56,671 bases of DNA, taken from Anaerolineales bacterium (lineage in GTDB: Bacteria > Chloroflexota > Anaerolineae > Anaerolineales > E44-bin32). Positions within the stretch are counted from its first letter, which is position 1. Each line of letters opens with the position of its first letter. The position numbers were made by a program, and so were the translations under genes. Where the stretch lies: contig DAIRVC010000002.1 of the NCBI GenBank assembly GCA_036803025.1, positions 1 to 56,671 of the forward strand, written 5' to 3'. This document shows, in pieces, positions 52,945 to 56,671 of this stretch. The notes under the pieces were generated by a model. That model had not been told where the DNA came from. It ran no database searches and saw only the letters and a program-made list of their open reading frames with translations.

Positions 52945-54219
52945 ATGCGCGGCTTCCTCGCTGCTTTGGCAACGCTGGCGATCCTCGGCCTGGCCGCCTG
53001 TTCCCCGACCAGCGCGACCCGCACTCCCGACGGCACACTTGTGCCAACGGCCGGGCCCACCCGCGCGGCGTCGACGGGCGGCGAAGGGCCTTCTCCCTCT
53101 CAGCTGATCCTGTGGCTCACACCGGCCTTCTCGCCCACAGCCGGCACGCCTGCGGGCGATCTGCTGGCGGCGCGCCTGGACGGATTCGAGCGGGCCAATC
53201 CGGGATTGACGATCGAGGTGCGCGTCAAAGACGAACGCGGCCCCGGCGGGCTGCTCGAGTCCCTGGCCTCCGCCTCGCAGGCGGCCCCGGACTCCCTGCC
53301 CGATCTGGCGGCACTCGATAGCGTCGCTCTCCACGACGCCGCACTCAAGGAGTTGATCGTCTCGCTCGGCGAGGCGGTCGACACCCCTTCAGTCCTAGCC
53401 TGGTACCCGTTCGCGGCGGAAGCGGCCCGGACCGAGGGATCGCTGATCGGCATGCCCTTCGCGGCGGACGCGCAGGCGCTTGCCTACCGCAGCGACGCCT
53501 ATCCACGGCCGCCGGCCAATTGGACTGACGTTCTCGACGGGCCGTCGCCGTTTCTGTTCCCCGCCGGGGATCCCTACGCGGCCTTCACCTTGGCCCAATA
53601 CCTTTCCTTGGGAGGCCGACTGATCGGCGAGAATGGCCGACCGCGGTTGCAGGCGGAAATCCTCTCGCAGGTGCTCGAGTTCTACGACTCCGCTCACCGC
53701 TCCGGCGTCCTGCCGCTATCGGCCCGCCAGTATCACGATAGCGCCGCGACCTGGGCCGCAGTGCGCGACGGCCGGGCTCAGGCGGCCACTGCTTTCTTCA
53801 GCACCTTCTTGGCCGAGTACGATCCGACCACCGATTCGCTCCAGCCGCTGCCAACCAGCGACGGAGCCGGCACGTGTATCGCTGAGGTCTGGTCGTGGGC
53901 CCTGGTCACCCGAGAACCGGTTCGTCAGGATCTCAGCCTGCGACTGCTGACCTGGCTGAGCGACCCCGAGTTCCTGGGCGAGTGGACGCAAGCGCTCGGT
54001 CTGCTTCCATCTTCGACCGCTGCGCTGGCAGTCTGGCCTGACGGAACGCAGACCGCGGTCGCCAGCCGATTGGTGACGGCTGCCCATGTACGCCCGACGG
54101 CCGAGATCCTGGCGACCTTCGGACCGGCTGTGCACGCCGCGGTTGATTCCGTTCTGTCGGGTGAGGCCTCGCCGGAGGTCGCTGCCCAAGCAGCTGCACT
54201 CGCCATTCAGGCACCCTGA
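52945..54219 (+). CDS. ABC-transporter extracellular solute-binding lipoprotein (family 1-like)
   Basis: Lipobox LAILGLAAC, with SBP_bac_1-like sequence throughout. Confidence 0.85.
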   Translation: MRGFLAALATLAILGLAACSPTSATRTPDGTLVPTAGPTRAASTGGEGPSPSQLILWLTPAFSPTAGTPAGDLLAARLDGFERANPGLTIEVRVKDERGPGGLLESLASASQAAPDSLPDLAALDSVALHDAALKELIVSLGEAVDTPSVLAWYPFAAEAARTEGSLIGMPFAADAQALAYRSDAYPRPPANWTDVLDGPSPFLFPAGDPYAAFTLAQYLSLGGRLIGENGRPRLQAEILSQVLEFYDSAHRSGVLPLSARQYHDSAATWAAVRDGRAQAATAFFSTFLAEYDPTTDSLQPLPTSDGAGTCIAEVWSWALVTREPVRQDLSLRLLTWLSDPEFLGEWTQALGLLPSSTAALAVWPDGTQTAVASRLVTAAHVRPTAEILATFGPAVHAAVDSVLSGEASPEVAAQAAALAIQAP

Positions 54220-54247
54220 CCGGTCACAGCCCGCGGTCCGCCGACCC

Positions 54248-55543
54248 ATGCGCATGCCCATCTACTCGGAGCGGCACCAGCATCTGAACTCGATCCGCCG
54301 CGCAGCCACCTCCGCGGCGAGCGTCGAGCGGATTGTGGGCGGTGCGCTGCACCTGCATTCCACCGATCTGGCCGTCGGTGGCCGGCGCTTCGCCCTGGGC
54401 CATTCATCGCACCTATTCATCATCGGCCTCGGGAAGGCGGCCCCCGGCATGTGCCATGCAGCCGCAGCCATCCTCGGGGAGCGGCTGACTGGGGGGATTG
54501 CCGCGGTCCCACGGGCCTTCAGCGAGTCCGCCCCGCCCCGGTTGACTTACATCCAGGCCGGCCATCCCTTACCGGACAGGGGGAGCCTGGCAGCCGCCCG
54601 TTCGGCGGTGAGCCTGTTGAGCGCCGCCCAGCCGGGCGATCTCGTCCTGGCCCTGATCTCCGGCGGTGGGTCGGCGATGTTCGAGCTTCCGGCTGCCGGC
54701 GTCAGCCTCAAGGACCTGCAGGTGACGACCCGGCTCCTGCTCCATTCCGGAGCTCCCATCGCCGAAGTCAACACGGTGCGCGCTGCGCTATCGCAGGTGA
54801 AGGGCGGAGGCCTCGCTAGGATGGCCGCGCCGGCCCGCTGCCTCGGACTGATCATCTCGGATGTGGTCGGCGACCGCCTCTCGGCCGTGGCCTCCGGCCC
54901 GACGGTCCTGCGGCGCGCTGCACGCGAGCGTGCCCGCCAGATCTTGCGGACTCACCGGCTAAGGGAGCGCACGCCCGCCTCGGTGCGGGCCGCGCTGCGG
55001 CGTGCCTCGGTCGTCCGATCCTGCCCGCGGCCCTTCAACTGGCTGCTGGCCAGCAATCGAACGATGGTCGACGGCGCGAGGCGGCAGGCAGAGGCGCTCG
55101 GGTTCTCCACGCGGGTCGTTACCTGCTCCCTGCATGGCGAAGCCCGACAGGTCGGTCAGTCGGTCGCGCGCAAGCTGCGCGGCGCCCGCCCGGGCGAGTG
55201 CCTGCTGCTGAGCGGTGAAACGACGGTCCTGGTCCAGGGGCCGGGACGTGGCGGCCGGAACCAGGAGCTGGCGCTATCGGCGGCACTGGCACTGGCCGGG
55301 GAACGCGGCCTGGCCCTGATGTCGTTCGCCAGCGACGGCGTCGATGGTCCGACCGATGCGGCGGGCGCGATCGTCGATGGCGAGAGCGCTGCCATCTGGC
55401 GCCAGGCTGGAATCGACGCCGGGGCCGCCCTCGACCGCAACGACTCCTACCCGCTGTTGGACTCGGTCGGGGCGCTGATCCGCTGTGGGCCGACCGGGAC
55501 CAACCTGGCCGACCTGGTGGTAGGATTGAAGTACGCCGAATAA
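54248..55543 (+). CDS. Glycerate 2-kinase / hydroxypyruvate-reductase-like protein (DUF4147 + MOFRL)
   Basis: Motifs GLGKAAPGM, LISGGGSA, SQVKGGGL and GETTV…GRGGRNQE. I chose the ATG at 54248; the track start at 54086 overlaps the SBP gene. Confidence 0.88.
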   Translation: MRMPIYSERHQHLNSIRRAATSAASVERIVGGALHLHSTDLAVGGRRFALGHSSHLFIIGLGKAAPGMCHAAAAILGERLTGGIAAVPRAFSESAPPRLTYIQAGHPLPDRGSLAAARSAVSLLSAAQPGDLVLALISGGGSAMFELPAAGVSLKDLQVTTRLLLHSGAPIAEVNTVRAALSQVKGGGLARMAAPARCLGLIISDVVGDRLSAVASGPTVLRRAARERARQILRTHRLRERTPASVRAALRRASVVRSCPRPFNWLLASNRTMVDGARRQAEALGFSTRVVTCSLHGEARQVGQSVARKLRGARPGECLLLSGETTVLVQGPGRGGRNQELALSAALALAGERGLALMSFASDGVDGPTDAAGAIVDGESAAIWRQAGIDAGAALDRNDSYPLLDSVGALIRCGPTGTNLADLVVGLKYAE

Positions 55544-55623
55544 GGGGCCGGCGGCAGCTTCGGCCCCCAGGCCCTGACAGACAGACCCAGACCCGCTGAC
55601 CACCCGGCACATCGAGGAAACGC

Positions 55624-56671
55624 ATGCCCATTCACTTCGGCACCGACGGCTGGCGCGCCGTGATCTCCGACACCTTCACTTTCCACAACTTGCGGCTGGT
55701 GGCCCAAGCCATCGCCGACGCGGTCGCCTCAGCCGAGTGGCTGAACGGCACCGCCACCGATTTCCATCCCGACCCGCGCAAGATGGTTGTCGGGTTCGAC
55801 ACCCGATTTCTATCCGACCGCTATGCCGGCGAGGCGGCGCGCGTCCTGGCGGCCAACGGCTACCGGGTCCTCCTGGCCAGCGCCGACGCCCCCACCCCGG
55901 CGATTTCCTTCGCCGTCCGCCAGAAGGGAGCCATCGGCGGGGTGATGATCACCGCTTCGCACAACGCCCCCCGCTACAACGGGGTCAAACTCAAGGCGGC
56001 CTACGGCGGATCAGCCCTGACCGAACAATGCCGGCGCGTCGAGGTCTACCTGAACGATAATGAGGTGCGCGGGCGCGGCCCGAACCTGATGGACTACGAC
56101 GCCGCCCGGTCGGCCGGATTGATCGAACGCTTCAATCCGACCCCGGCCTACTACGACCACTTGCGCACGCTGATCAACTTCGACATCATCGCCGACAACC
56201 CGCAGCGGCTGGTGGTCGACTCGATGTACGGGGCGGGCCGCGGCCAGATCAAGGGCATCCTGCAGGGCACGGGTTGCGAGGTGTTCGAGGTGCGCAGCGA
56301 AATGAATCCCGGCTTCGGCGGGATTCATCCGGAGCCGATCGCGCGCAACCTGGGCGCGCTGGCGGGCGCCATCGCCGCCGGGAACGGCCAGCTCGGTCTG
56401 GCCACCGACGGTGACGCCGACCGAATCGCAGCCATGGACGGGCGCGGCCAATTCGTCGACCCGCACCGCATTCTGGCCTTGTCGCTCAAGTACCTGGTCG
56501 AGCAGCGCGGCTGGCGAGGCAAGGTGGTCAAGACGGTTTCGACCACTCGCATGATCCGCCGCTTGGGCCAGAAGTACGGGCTGGAGGTCATCGAGACCCC
56601 GGTCGGCTTCAATCACATTGCCGAATGGATGCTCAAGGACGACGTACTGATCGGCGGCGAGGAGTCCGGCG
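55624..56671 (+). CDS. Phosphoglucomutase/phosphomannomutase family protein (5' partial; runs off the window)
   Basis: My own translation gives MPIHFGTDGWRA…, the active-site motif TASHNAPRYNG and the Mg site DGDADR. RBS GAGGAA. It is absent from the ORF track because no stop lies within the window. Confidence 0.92.
   Translation, partial: MPIHFGTDGWRAVISDTFTFHNLRLVAQAIADAVASAEWLNGTATDFHPDPRKMVVGFDTRFLSDRYAGEAARVLAANGYRVLLASADAPTPAISFAVRQKGAIGGVMITASHNAPRYNGVKLKAAYGGSALTEQCRRVEVYLNDNEVRGRGPNLMDYDAARSAGLIERFNPTPAYYDHLRTLINFDIIADNPQRLVVDSMYGAGRGQIKGILQGTGCEVFEVRSEMNPGFGGIHPEPIARNLGALAGAIAAGNGQLGLATDGDADRIAAMDGRGQFVDPHRILALSLKYLVEQRGWRGKVVKTVSTTRMIRRLGQKYGLEVIETPVGFNHIAEWMLKDDVLIGGEESG

Overview
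High-GC bacterial chromosomal segment with about 40 credible CDSs. I recognised no rRNA, tRNA, CRISPR array, transposase or integrase. Gene content and promoter style suggest a Chloroflexota-like or deep actinobacterial-like anaerobe; this is inference only. Layout, in order: (1) 1-7553, a Wood-Ljungdahl carbonyl-branch accessory operon: acsD, acsC, a small Fe-S ORF, RACo, an unknown toroid-like ORF, cooC, acsE. Malic enzyme, a Cys-less TrxR-like flavoprotein and a GNAT follow. (2) 10.6-25 kb, mixed housekeeping and accessory genes: two EamA exporters, a CelD-like acyltransferase, a 729-aa pseudo-PP2C/TM/propeller protein, a coaE-GNAT fusion, a secreted repeat protein, rsgA, a class B PBP, maf, a HAD hydrolase and two tandem two-domain GNAT paralogues. 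(3) 25.1-25.35 kb, a compact promoter / 32-codon sORF or structured leader / terminator / palindrome cassette, lying after hom and ahead of the GNAT operon. (4) 26.5-40.7 kb, a 14-kb co-directional island: Lrp regulator, Na+/solute symporter, saccharopine-dehydrogenase-fold enzyme, four different class-III aminotransferases, CoA-acylating semialdehyde DH, tungsten-type AOR, ALDH and a MoaD-like protein. I interpret it as an uncharacterised, partly ferredoxin-linked (poly)amine or omega-amino-acid catabolic system. (5) 40.8-42.8 kb, the conserved unknown-function triad: SCO1664-type kinase-like protein, DUF3090 and a histidine phosphatase. (6) rarA, an MFS transporter, a CBS-ACT protein and a translationally coupled Ddl-like ATP-grasp + GNAT pair. 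(7) 48.3-48.8 kb, a 530-bp non-coding, highly self-complementary region with its own promoter-like and terminator elements (candidate novel ncRNA). (8) A hypothetical protein, a CheY-like receiver, uvrC, a solute-binding lipoprotein, a glycerate kinase and a partial phosphohexomutase. A recurring TGnTAGAAT extended -10 element marks many gene starts, and at least six genes appear leaderless. Many long ORFs in the supplied track are antisense artefacts of the high GC content and were rejected.
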